From Haliotis rubra (lineage: Eukaryota): a stretch of 64,000 nt of DNA. Below, piece after piece: positions 37,346-49,594 of the stretch (within the stretch, counting starts at the first letter, position 1; every line of letters begins with the position of its first letter). The notes below the pieces were generated by a model, which was given only the letters and a program-made list of their open reading frames with translations, had not been told where the DNA came from and did not search any database. Where the stretch lies: the NCBI RefSeq assembly GCF_003918875.1, contig NW_025766459.1, forward strand, positions 62,001-126,000, read 5' to 3'. Both the position numbers and the translations under genes were made by a program.

Positions 37346-39480
37346 TCGTGGAATGACCTGGGAGGGTAGTGTTTGGTGGAATGACCTGGGACTGGGAGGA
37401 CAGTGTTTGGTGGAATGACCTTTGAGGACAGTGTTTGGTGGAATGACCTGGGAGGACAGTGTCTGGTGGAATGACCTGGGAGGATAGTGTCTGGTGGAAT
37501 GACCTGGGAGGACAGTGTTTGGTGGAATGACCTGGGAGGACAGTGTTTGGTGGAATGACCTGGGACTGGGAGGACAGTGTTTGGTGGAATGACCTTTGAG
37601 GACAGTGTTTGGTGGAATGACCTGGGAGGACAGTGTTTGGTGGAATGACCTGGGACTGGGAGGACAGTGTCTGGTGGAATGACCTGGGAGGATAGTGTTT
37701 GGTGGAATGACCTTGGAGGACAGTGTCTGGTGGAATGACCTGAGGAGGATAGTGTTTGGTGGAATGACCTTGGAGGACAGTGTTTGGTGGAATGACCTTG
37801 GAGGATAGTGTTAGGTGGAATGACCTTGGAGGATGGTGTTTGATGGAATGACCTGGGAGGACAGTGTTTTGTCGAATGACCTTGGAGGATAGTGTTTGGT
37901 GGGAATGGGTAGTGCCCTGGGAGGAAATGGACCTGGGATAAGTGTTTCAAACCTTTGGAGGATAACTGTTTGGTGGAATGACCTGGGAGGACAGTGTTTG
38001 GGTGGAATGACCTGGGATGATAGTGTTTGGTGGAATGACCTTGGGAGGATGAGTGTTTGGTGGAAATGACCTAGGAGGATAGTGTTTGGGTGGAATGGAC
38101 CTGGGATCGATAGTGTCAAGGACCTGGGAGGATGAGTGTTTGGTGGAATGACCTGGGAGGATAGTGTTTGGTGGAATGACCTGGGATGACAGTGTTTGGA
38201 GAATGACCTGGGAGGATGAGAGTGTTTGGATGGAATGACCTGGGAGGATGGGTATTTGGTGGAATGACCTGGGAGGATAGTATGTTGGGAATGACCTGTG
38301 TTTGGGTGGAATGACCTGGGAGGATAGTGTTTGAGTGGAATGACCTGGGATGACAGTGTTTGGTGGAATGACCTGGGATGACAGTGTTTGGTGGAATTGA
38401 CCTGGGAGGATAGTGTTTGGTGGAATGACCTGGGAGGATAGTGTTTGGTGGGAATGGACCTGGGAGGACAGTGTTTGGTGGAAATGACCTGGGAGGAACC
38501 TAGGATAGTGTTTGGTGGGAATGACCTGGGACAAGCAAGTGACAGTGTAGGAGGATAAGTGGGTGGAATGACCTGGAGGGATGACAGTGTTTGGTGGAAT
38601 GACCTGGGAGGACAGTGTTTGGTGGAATGACCTGGGAGGATAGTGTTTGGTGGAAATGACCTGGGAGGATAGTGTGTTTGGAGAGGAATGACCTGGGAAT
38701 AGATCCTGTGGAGGATGGTATGTGGGGACTAGGAGGACAGTGTTTGGTGGAAATGACCTAGGAGGAGGATGTGTCTGGTGGAAATGACCTGGAGTGTCAG
38801 TGTTTGGTGGAAATGACCTAGGATGACAGTGTTTGGTGGGAATAGCCTAGGAGGATAGTGTTTTAGGTGGAATGACCTAGGACTGGAGCCGACAGTGTTT
38901 GCGTACTGGAATGACCTGGGATGACCATGTGTTTTTGGTGGAAATGACCTGTCTGTTGTGGAGACCTGGGACCACATTTTCAATTTGTGGAACCTACCTG
39001 ATATGACAGTTGTCAGAGCCCTAGGAGGATATGAGTGTTTGGCGGAATGACCTTGTCAGTGACCACCTGGTGACCAGCCCTGTTTGAGTGGAAATAGCCT
39101 GGGAACGAACCACCTATTTTAGTGTTTGAACCAGTCTGTTGTCAAGACAGAACCACTCAAGTATGTTGTCAGTGTTTGGTGGAACCTGTCTGTTGTCAGA
39201 ACGAACCTGGGAGGACAGTGTTTGTTGTCAAATGAACCAGCCTAGGAGGTCTGTCTGTCAGATGAGGAGGACAGTGTTTGGAGGACCTGACCTTGTCAAC
39301 CCCTGTCTGTTGTCAGACGAACCACCTGTTGGAGGATAGAGTGTCTAGGTGGAAAGACCTGGAGGATAGTGTTTGGTGGAATGACTTGGAGGATAGTGTT
39401 TGGAGGAATGACCTGGGAGGACAGTGTTTGGTGTGAAATGACCTGGGAGGGGACATTGTTTGTGGAAATGACCTGGGAGG
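37346..39480. repeat. 28-bp G-rich minisatellite, increasingly degenerate to the right
   Basis: Unit GTGGAATGACCTGGGAGGACAGTGTTTG. Confidence 0.95.
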
Positions 39481-39589
39481 ATGGTGATGATGTGTGTTTG
39501 ACAGGGTTACATCCCATCCCCAGATGTCTAGGGTCAAACGAAACTGTATTGTCACTGACTTATTTTTCGAACCTACCTATTTTCAGTGC

Positions 39590-41510
39590 TGTCTGTTGTC
39601 AGAATCCACCTCGTGTCAAAATATGTCTGTTGTCCAGGATATACCTAGTGTCAACCCCCAATCTGTTGTCAAACGAACCTCCTGATGCGACTAAAATATT
39701 GTCAACCCTGTCTGTTGTCAGACGAACCACCCTTTATTGTCAACCCTGTCTATTGTCAGATGAACCACCTATTGTCAGATGAACCAGTCTATTGTCAGAC
39801 GAACCACCTAGTGTCAACTCTGTCTGTTGTCAGACGAACCACCTAGTGTCAACCCTGTCTGTTGTCAGACGAACCACCTAGTGTCAACCCTGTCTGTTGT
39901 CAGATGAACCACCTAGTGTCAACCCTGTCTGTTGTCAGACGAACCACCTATTGTCAACCCTGTCTGTTGTCAGACGAACCACCTATTGTCAACCCTGTCT
40001 GTTGTCAGACGAACCACCTAGTGTTGTCAGACCCACCTAGTGTCAACCCTGTCTGTTGTCAGACGAACCACCTAGTGTCAACCCTATTGTCAACCCTGTC
40101 TGTTGTCAGATGAATCATTGTTGTCAACCCTGTCCACCTGTCAGATGAACCACCTGTTGTCAACCCTGTCTGTTGTCAGACGAACCACCTATTGTCAACC
40201 CTGTCTGTTGTCAGACGAACCACCTAGTGTCAACCCTGTCTGTTGTCAAACGAACCACCTAGTGTCAAACCTGTCTGTTGTCAGACGAACCACCTAGTGT
40301 CAACCCTGTATGTTGTCAGACGAACCACCTAGTGTCAACCCTGTCTGTTGTCAGACGAACCACCTATTGTCAACCCTGTTTGTTGTCAAATGAACCACCT
40401 ATTCTCAACCCTGTCTGTTGTCAGACGAACCACCTATTGTCAACCCTGTCTGTTGGCAGACGAACCACCTAATATCAACCCTGTCTGTTGTCAGACGAAC
40501 CACCTAGTGTCAACCCTGTCTGTTGTCAGACGAACCACCTGTTGTCAACCAGTCTGTTGTCAAATGAACCACCTGTTGTCGACCAGTCTGTTGTCAAATG
40601 AACCACCTGTTGTCGACCCTGTCTGTTGTCAGACGAACCACCTATTGTCAACCCTGTCTGTTGTCAGACGAACCACCTAGTGTCAACCCTGTCTGTTGTC
40701 AGACGACCTACCTGTTGTCAACCCTGTCTGTTGTCAAACGAACCACCTAGTGTCAACCCTGTCTGTTGTCAGACGAACCACCTAGTGTCAACCCTGTCTG
40801 TTGTCAAACGAACCACCTAGTGTCAACTCTGTCTGTTGTCAGACGAACCACCTATTGTCAACCCTGTCTGTTGTCAGACCTAGTGAACCACCTCAGTCAC
40901 AAGTGTCAACCTGTCTGTTGTCAGACGAACCACCCTGTCTGTGTCAGACCTGTCTGTTGTATGTTGTCCAGACGAACCACCTAGTGTCAACCCTGTCTGT
41001 TGTCAGACGAACCACCTAGTGTCAACCCTGTCTGTTGTCAGACGAACCACCTAGTGTCAACCCTGTCTGTTGTCAGACGAACCACCTAGTGTCAACCCTG
41101 TCTGTTGTCAGACGAACCACCTAGTGTCAACCCTGTCTGTTGTCAGACGAACCACCTAGTGTCAACCCTGTCTGTTGTCAGACGAACCACCTAGTGTCAA
41201 CCCTGTCTGTTGTCAGACGAACCACCTAGTGTCAACCCTGTCTGTTGTCAGACCACCTCGTGTCAACCTGTCTGTTGTCAGACCCTGTGTCAAACCTTGT
41301 CAGACGAACCACCTAGTGTCAACCCTGTCTGTTGTCAGACGAACCACCTGTCAGTGTCAGACCCTGTGTGTTGTCAGACGAACCACCTAGTGTCAACCCT
41401 GTCTGTTGTCAAACGAACCACCTAGTGTCAACCCTGTCTGTTGTCAAATGAACCACCTGTTGTCAACCAGTCTGTTGTCGAATGAACCACCTAGTGTCAA
41501 CCAGTCTGTT
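39590..41510. repeat. 35-bp minisatellite, ~50 copies
   Basis: Unit GTCAACCCTGTCTGTTGTCAGACGAACCACCTAGT. Confidence 0.95.
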
Positions 41511-42490
41511 TAATTACTGAGCAGAGTGAGTGAGAGATCAGAAGGTTGACGGTTTATTTCTCATTGTCTATAATGAAATACTATTTTATTTTTTCAATCT
41601 TTGTTTTTATCATTACTTACTTGTCTAGTATATTTTAGAACTATGTGTCACATCCAGGCATTCTCATGAATGGAAAATCCATAGTCATGATTCTTCATCC
41701 AGGGTTTACTTCCTGTGAGCAGATTAGTTTGGGTCAATGACTTCTACCAACATAATGGTTTTATATGAATTTTTATATCATGAAGCATGTATGGTGTCTT
41801 GTACTTAGTTTGGAGCCATCGGTTCTTTGCAATGTTTGGGGTAGCTTAGTGTTTAATGTGTCATTCCGAAGACTCGGGGTTCGATTCCCTGCATATGTAC
41901 AATAAGGGGAGCCCAATACCAGTGTCTCCAAGTGTGATATTGCTGGGATAATGCAACGAAAAGCTTTATTCGGTTACTTACGTGATATACACGTTAAGTA
42001 AAGTGGAGATTGCAATGGTTGAAGCCGTGGTTTCATAGATTGGTGCTCATAATATCAGTCACCTGTTTGTCTAATTTGATTCTATAATTTTCGGCCCAGA
42101 TTGATGTAACAGGATTGTGGATGAATGTGGCGGAAAACAACATGAGAGTGTACGTAGCCGTAATGCCTTAGTGTACTCTTTACCTTGACAGGTGCACGTG
42201 GTCGTACAGAGGAGTTGAGCCAGTTCGACTTCTACTAGAGACAACCGTATTTAAAATGGCAGCTCATGGATCAAGGAATATCGCTTATTGGTGGCATTGG
42301 CGTCTGTGATGACGCTTCTTGTAACGTCGGTGTTGACGTCAATGCTGACGTCAGTGTTTTGTGTTTTGATGTCTATATGCGGCTGTTTTGTCTGTGTTGT
42401 CTTTCTTGACGTCCGTTTTACAGATCCGTTTTGGAATCTGGATTGACCTATATTGTCTGTCTTGTAGTCTGCACGCTGGTCTGTGGTTAT

Positions 42491-42640
42491 GGGGGCGGTG
42501 GGGTAGCCTTGTAGTTAAGGCGTTCGCTTTTCACGCTGAAGAACGGGTTCAATTCCCCAAATGGGTACTATGTGTGAAGTCCATTTCTGGTGTCCCCCGC
42601 GGTGATATTGCTGGAATATTGCTACTCACTCACTCACTCA
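42491..42640 (+). mobile_element. tRNA-derived SINE family A
   Basis: TSD CTGTGGTTATG. Confidence 0.85.
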
Positions 42641-42674
42641 CTGTGGTTATGCCTCTGTTGAAATGTGTTATCTA

Positions 42675-44160
42675 TACTAGGCACATAAAAAACTGTGCAT
42701 ACAAAAATTTAATATGTAAATTTATCAAACCTGTGTAGACACATAAGGATTTAAACTCAGAGATTAGTGACATGTATACAACATGCATGCATGTGCCACG
42801 TTCCGTGACGTCAGTGGGTTCGTCCTTGAGACGTGCAAAACGTTGTTGCACGTGCATTCCGGGAAAGAGAAACAAAGCAAATGAATGCCACACAATACTG
42901 TCACTTTGGAAAGCTCAACCCCTGCCCTTGCGATCGTTCAAAAAATTAAACGGCTATTGAAACGCATGTCTGCACAACGTCATGAGGCCATTGGGATGGT
43001 CCGTGGGGAATGTCTCAACGACAAGTGGCTGCACATTTCCACTGCCACCGGAACACCATTTCTGCACTGATGAGACGTTACCAGAACACAAATGACGTCA
43101 TCGATCGGCCACGTTTTGGACGTCCACGTGTAACAACGCCAAGACAGGACAGATGGATAAGGGTGACCAATCTTCGCCACAGGTTTCAGACTGCAGTGAT
43201 GACTGCCCGAACCATCCCAGGACTTCGCCGTATCCACCACAACACAGTTCGACAACGTTTACGTCATCACGGGATCAGACCACGACGTCCCGCCATACGG
43301 CCTATCCTGACACAACGTCATCGACAAGCTCGCCGAATGTGGTGCCGAAATTATGTCCGCAGACCTTTATTTTCGTGGAGAAATGTTGTTTTTACATATG
43401 AGTCCAGGTTTAATATTTCCCATAGTGATGGACGTAAACGTGCCTATAGACGCGTGGGAGAACGTTATGCACAGGCCTGTGTCTTGGAGAGGAATCGCTT
43501 TGGTGGTGGTTCCGTGATGATTGGGGGTGGAATAACAGCACGCCAAAGAACTCCTTTGGTGATTGTTCAGGGCAACTTAACTGGTGTGGGCTACAGGGAT
43601 CAGATTCTTCGACCTGTGGCAATTCCTTTTCTGCAACTTCATGGCCCTGGGTTAACATTTCAACATTCCGCCCTCATACGGCAAGGGTTGCTATGGATTT
43701 CTTGCAACACCACAACGTTGACTTACTGCCTTGGCCTGCAAATTCACCGGATCTCTCCCCGATAGAGCATGTTTCGGACGAGATGGATCGACGTCTACGC
43801 CGTCTTCCTCATCCGCCAGATAACGTCCTTGACCTTGCAACAGAACTTGAGAGAATCTGGCGTGACATCCCACAAGCCTTCCCTGCACGTTTGATAGGCT
43901 CTATGCGTCGTCGATGCACTGCTGTTCTCAATGCCGATGGTGGACATACCCATTATTGAGCTTGTGACATGGTCGTTTGACCCCTGTCCCGCTTGTGGAC
44001 TCGTGACGTCATTGTGATTGACTTTTCAATTGAAATTCTCCCGACTTGTTATGGTCTCATGATCCCTCCATTCAAGTTTATATGTACCTTTGACATTGTT
44101 ATCGTACTTATCAACTGGGATAATATTTTGACAATGCACAGTTTCTTTATGTGGCTAGTA
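42675..44160 (+). mobile_element. Full-length but defective Tc1-family (DD34E-type) DNA transposon
   Basis: TIRs TACTAGGCACATAAAAAACTGTGCA / TGCACAGTTTCTTTATGTGGCTAGTA, TA TSD, internal transposase. Confidence 0.92.
42966..43959 (+). pseudogene. Tc1 transposase pseudogene
   Basis: HTH-GRPR N-terminus, first catalytic D mutated (FTYESRF), deletion/frameshift removing the QDN motif near 43665, WPANSPDLSPIEH intact, further frameshift near 43005. Confidence 0.9.
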
Positions 44161-44708
44161 TATATTGGGGTCTGTATTGACCTGTCTCGTCTGTGTAGCC
44201 CTCTGTGTTGAATCTGTTTATCTCTGATGCCGTCTGTGTTGACGTCTGTGGTAACCTTGGTGTTGACCTCTGTGTGCAGGAGGAGGATTTAACCAGTACC
44301 ACGTAGACATTAATATGACCTACACTTCACTAATTATACACTTGCACCAGTCGGAACAGCTTACCTGTCTTTCATAGGAACGCATTTGTTATCACCTGAT
44401 ATAAGAACTGAGTTTATTTCATCGATCGAGTAAGTGCGGGGAGCTCCGTCGCTGACTGAAGCGATAGGTTTAGTCTCTGTTAAACTTCTATGGATTTCTA
44501 GTCTTGACGTACTAAATGGATGAGGTTCACGTGCCAGAAACATTCGTTTACGAAACCTAAGAATTGTCTACAATTTACTGCGTTTCATTATCCAGCCTGA
44601 GCACTCGGGAAACACCAGATTTGGTCATTTGTCATTGAGCGGAGGCCATCGACGGCTGTTGTGTACTGGCCTGCTGCTGGTGAAGTGCGGCACCGTGGAT
44701 TGGGAAGG

Positions 44709-47524
44709 ATGTATATCGGTGTAATACTGTTTACTGTTATGACCGTCAGTCAAGTGCTGCCCTGCGACACCGCATACAGACTCTGTAATGTCACGGATGA
44801 GGCTCATCTATCAAACTGCTCCGAGAAGAACGGGGTTGGAACATCTCTGTCTCCAGCCGACCGGAAAGTTGACCCAACACTTCCAGGACGCTCACACGAG
44901 AAAGGGACAGTGAAAACACCTTTCCCCTCAGGAGGGAATGGTACAGATGGGGCACATCGTCTTTCAGGAGGGAATGGTACAGATGGGGCACATCGTCTCT
45001 CAGGAGGGAATGATACAGATGGGGCACATCGTCGCTCAAGAGGGAATGGTACAGATGGGGCACATCGTCTCTCAGGAGGGAATGGTACAGATGGGACACA
45101 TCGTCTCTCAGGAGTGAATGGTACAGATGGGGCACATCGTCTCTCAGGAGGGAATGGTACAGATGGGACACATCGTCTCTCAGGAGGGAATGGTACAGAT
45201 GGGACACATCGTCTCTCAGGAGTGAATGGTACAGATGGGGCACATCGTCTCTCTGGAGGGAATGGTACAGATGGGACACATCGTCTCTCAGGAGGGAATG
45301 GTACAGATGGGACACATCGTCTCTCAGGAGGGAATGGTACAGATGGGACACATCGTCTCTCAGGACGGAATGGTACAGATGGGGCACATCGTCTCTCAGG
45401 AGGGAATGGTACAGATGGGACACATCGTCTCTCAGGAGGGAATGGTACAGATGGGGCACATCGTCTCTCAGGAGGGAATGATACAGATGGGACACATCGT
45501 CTCTCAGGAGGAATGGTACAGATGGGGCACATCGTCGCTCAAGAGGGAATGGTACAGATGGGACACATCGTCTCTCAGGAGGGAATGGTACAGATGGGGC
45601 ACATCGTCTCTCAGGACGGAATGGTACAGATGGGGCACATCGTCTCTCAGGACGGAATGGTACAGATGGGGCACATCGTCTCTCAGGAGGGAATGGTACA
45701 GATGGGACACATCGTCTCTCAGGAGGGAATGGTACAGATGGGACACATCGTCTCTCAGGACGGAATTGTACAGATGGGGCACATCGTCTCTCAGGAGGGA
45801 ATGGTACAGATGGGACACATCGTCGCTCAAGAGGGAATGGTACAGATGGGGCACATCGTCTCTCAGGAGGGAATTGTACAGATGGGGCACATCGTCTCTC
45901 AGGAGTGAATGGTACAGATGGGACACATCGTCTCTCAGGAGGGAATGGTACAGATGGGACACATCGTCTCTCAGGAGTGAATGGTACAGATGGGGCACAT
46001 CGTCTCTCAGGAGGGAATGGTACAGATGGGACACATCGTCTCTCAGGAGGGAATGGTACAGATGGGGCACATCGTCTCTCAGGAGGGAATGGTACAGATG
46101 GGACACATCGTCTCTCAGGAGGGAATGGTACAGATGGGGCACATCGTCTCTCAGGAGTGAATGGTACAGATGGGGCACATCGTCGCTCAAGAGGGAATGG
46201 TACAGATGGGGCACATCGTCTCTCAGGAGGGAATGGTACAGATGGGACACATCGTCTCTCTGGAGGGAATGGTACAGATGGGACACATCGTCCCTCTGGA
46301 GGGAATGGTACAGATGGGGCACATCGTCTCTCTGGAGGGAATGGTACAGATGGGGCACATCGTCTCTCAAGAGGGAATTGTACAGATGGGGCACATCGTC
46401 TCTCAGGAGGGAATTGTACAGATGGGGCACATCGTCTCTCAGGAGGGAATGGTACGGACGAGACACCGCTTCTCTCAGACACGACATATAACCGGGTTAG
46501 TGGTGTCCTCATGAAACTAAACATCCCCTTCATCGTGATGGGGACGGTCCTGAACACTATCAACATCTGCGTCTTCTGCCGAAAGTCGATGCGTTCCAGC
46601 ACCAACGCCTACCTGTTGGCTAGCAGCATCTCTCAGCTCCTGTACAGTCTCGTCATGGTCCCATACACCGTCAGGTTGGTCACGTACGGAAACACCACCA
46701 ACCTCTTCTCCATCATGTTCGGCATCTACGTTGCCAACTACGTCGCGGTGGTTCTCAGGCGATTCACCTTCATCATTGCCTGCGTTGTTTCCATGGAAAG
46801 GTTTTTGGTGACCACGACGCCGTTGAAGGCCAAGCAATACCGCTTGGTTCACTCACCTGGACAGTTCATCATGGGTGTTTCTCTTTTCTCCGTGCTCGTC
46901 CATATACACAGCCTCGTCCGCAACACCGTCATCACCAACCACAAAGATGGGATCACAACCTACAGTGTCTGCGAGACTGGTTTTTACAAGAATCACGTGT
47001 CCGTGGTCACGGCGTGGTCGACGACAGCCAGGGTGCTGGCTGTTTATCTGGCCATTACGACGGCGCTCATCTTCAATATCGTCGTTGTCATCTCCCTTCG
47101 TCGTCAGAGGCAGTTCAGAGAAAATATCACCAACGCCAGAGTGGTAGACAAGATGAAAGCGCGGGAGAAGCAGACGACAGTCACGATCCTTGTCACAAAC
47201 TGCCTGTACTTAGTGCTCTGCGTGCCCATGGTCACCAACTCCATGGCCTTTGACCTCAGCCCCGTCTACGGTTACTTTTCTCACTACTACAAGAACGTGT
47301 ACATGGTGATACAAGACTTAGGCTCCACCTGTGTCCTGCTGGGTTTGTCCGTGGACTTTTTCTCCCACATGATGCTCAGTGAGATGTACAGAGCTACATT
47401 CTTGTGTATGTTCAAGCCAAAGTGTGTTGCAATACCCTTGACACACTCGGAATACCAGCTCGAAGACTCGAAGTCCGATAACTTTAAGAGCGTTTCAAAT
47501 GTCACCTTGACCTCTCATCTGTGA
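44709..47524 (+). CDS. Intronless rhodopsin-family GPCR (FMRFamide/sex-peptide-receptor-like group) with signal peptide and ~42x 12-aa repeat ectodomain; ~938 aa after repairing one 1-nt deletion at 45510-11
   Basis: Signal-like MYIGVILFTVMTVSQVLPC. Seven hydrophobic segments in ~46500-47400 with GTVLNTINICVF..KSMRSSTNAYL (TM1/2), SMERF (DRY equivalent) and REKQTTVTIL...LC.P (TM6). ORFs 44661-45908 and 45905-47524 join if one G is restored in a repeat unit. Confidence 0.85.
44928..46460 (+). repeat. 36-bp coding minisatellite, ~42.5 copies
   Basis: Unit TCAGGAGGGAATGGTACAGATGGG(G/A)CACATCGTCTC = SGGNGTDG(A/T)HRL. Confidence 0.98.
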
Positions 47525-48001
47525 GTGTGACGGATTTTGAAACTAACTACATGTTTAAAAATGTGGTTTCTGTGATATAAAATGTCATTCTGATAAAATT
47601 CATTTGATGGAGTTGTAAAGGCTGGAACGCCGTAAGTACGAACTGGCTGGAGGATAAATAGCGCGATGAATATACCAAGGGACTGTAGTGCCCGGAACAG
47701 AATGATCCCAGCTACACTTGGGTTTGCCTCAAGGGTTTTAGCAAAGAGGTGAACGTGCAAGACCCGCACCACGTCGGATTCTCCTCCCTCGTTATACGGC
47801 GTTGTAGAGATGGATAAGGTGTCAACTACGCTCAAACTGTACGTTCTCCTTACATTCACGTTGTGTAGCAGTGTCAAAGCAGTATGATCGCGATGTATTC
47901 CGGCAACAGAAATAAATTGGTACGTGCGTTTGCATGCATGACGTCATTGACTATGAAACATTGGATCACACTATTACATCACTTAGCCAAGAACAGTACA
48001 T

Positions 48002-49230
48002 GTACAACTGCAGTACGCCGTTAGCTTTGGGTTGTTCAGCTGCAATATGTCATTCAGCTTTAGACTGTACAACTGCAGTACGCCGTTAGCTTTGGGTTGT
48101 TCAGCTGCAATATGTCATTCAGCTTTAGACTGTACAACTGCAGTACGCCGTTAGCTTTGGGTTGTTCAGCTGCAATATGTCATTTAGCTGTAGTATATCA
48201 TCTAGTCATGGACTGTACAGCTGTAGTATATCATCTAGTCATGGATTGTACAGCTGTAGTATATCATCTAGTCATGGATTGTACAGCTGTAGTATATCCT
48301 CTAGTCATGGATTGTACAGCTGTAGTATATCCTCTAGTCATGGATTGTACAACTGTAGTATATCCTCTAGTCATGGAGTGTACAGCTGTTGTATATCATC
48401 TAGTCATGGATTGTAAACCTGGAGGTTATCATCAAGTCATGGATTGTACAACTGTAGTATATCATCTAGTCATGGATTGTAAACCTTAGAGTATATCATC
48501 AAGTCATGGATTGTACAACTGTAGTATATCATCTAGTCATGGATTGTACAACTGTAGTATATCATCTAGTCATGGATTGTACAACTGTAGTATGTCATCT
48601 AGTCATGGATTGTACAAATGTAGTATATAATCTAGTCATGGATTGTACAACTGTAGTATGTCATCTAGTCATGGATTTTCAACTGTAGTATATCATCTAG
48701 TCATGGATTGTACAACTGTAGTATATCATCTAGCCATGGATTGTACAACTGTAGTATATCATCTAGTCATGGATTATACAACTGTTGTATATCATCTAGT
48801 CATGGATTGTACATATGTAGTATATCATCTAGTCATGGATTGTACAACTGTAGTATATCATCCCCCATGGATTGTACAACTGTAGTATATCATCTAGTCA
48901 TGGATTATACAACTGTTGTATATCATCTAGTCATGGATTGTACATATGTAGTATATCATCTAGTCATGGATTGTACAACTGTAGTATATCATCTAGCCAT
49001 GGGTTGTACAACTGTAGTATATCATCTAGTCACGGATTGTACAACTGTAGTATATCATCTAGCCATGGATTGTACAACTGTAGTATATCATCTAGTCATG
49101 GATTGTACAACTGTAGTATATCATCTAGTCATGGACTGTACAACTGTTGTATATCATTTAGTCATGGACTGTACAACTGTTGTATATCATCTAGTCATGG
49201 ATTGTAAACCTGCAATATATTATCTAGAAT
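48002..49230. repeat. 33-bp minisatellite (~31 copies) preceded by ~3 copies of a related 65-bp dimeric unit
   Basis: Unit GTACAACTGTAGTATATCATCTAGTCATGGATT; 65-mer at 48002-48190. Confidence 0.95.
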
Positions 49231-49594
49231 GGGTTTAGGTTGAAAGGTGTTTCGATGGTAAGGCGTGGAGATAACATGGGGTCTTGAGCATGAGGTATTC
49301 TTGAGGTGATACGTAGGTCAATGATGTAGGGGTGGGACTAAGGGGGCGGACCAGGCTAGGTTTTGGGAGGGGCAATTTGACGGGGGTAGGGACTGGGTGA
49401 GGTATGTAGTTGAGGGATCAGGCTTGGATTGGGTGAAAGACAGAAGGGGGTGTCCAGGGCGAGGGATGAGGTCAGGTGAAGGTATGTGGGGACAACGATA
49501 CGTACGTTATTTAGATATTTAGTGCGATGTTCTTTTGTAATGAATTTGGCCTTTATAAAAATGTGGTGAATGTTTATGTGTAGTGTAGTGTTTC

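Noticed and set aside
37216-41425. Many Cys/Pro-rich ORFs
   Set aside because: Translations of the 28-bp and 35-bp satellites.
39590-41510. CRISPR-like appearance of 35-bp repeats
   Set aside because: Head-to-tail units without unique spacers, no cas genes, eukaryotic context.
44791-46605. Long antisense and alternate-frame ORFs (604, 421, 327, 242 aa) over the GPCR repeat
   Set aside because: They are by-products of a 36-bp unit that is largely stop-free in several frames. Only the SGGNGTDGAHRL frame connects a signal peptide to the 7TM domain.
48097-49238. (MDCTTVVYHLV)n and (GLYNCSISSSH)n ORFs
   Set aside because: 33-bp minisatellite with interrupting stops and frameshifts, and no gene context.
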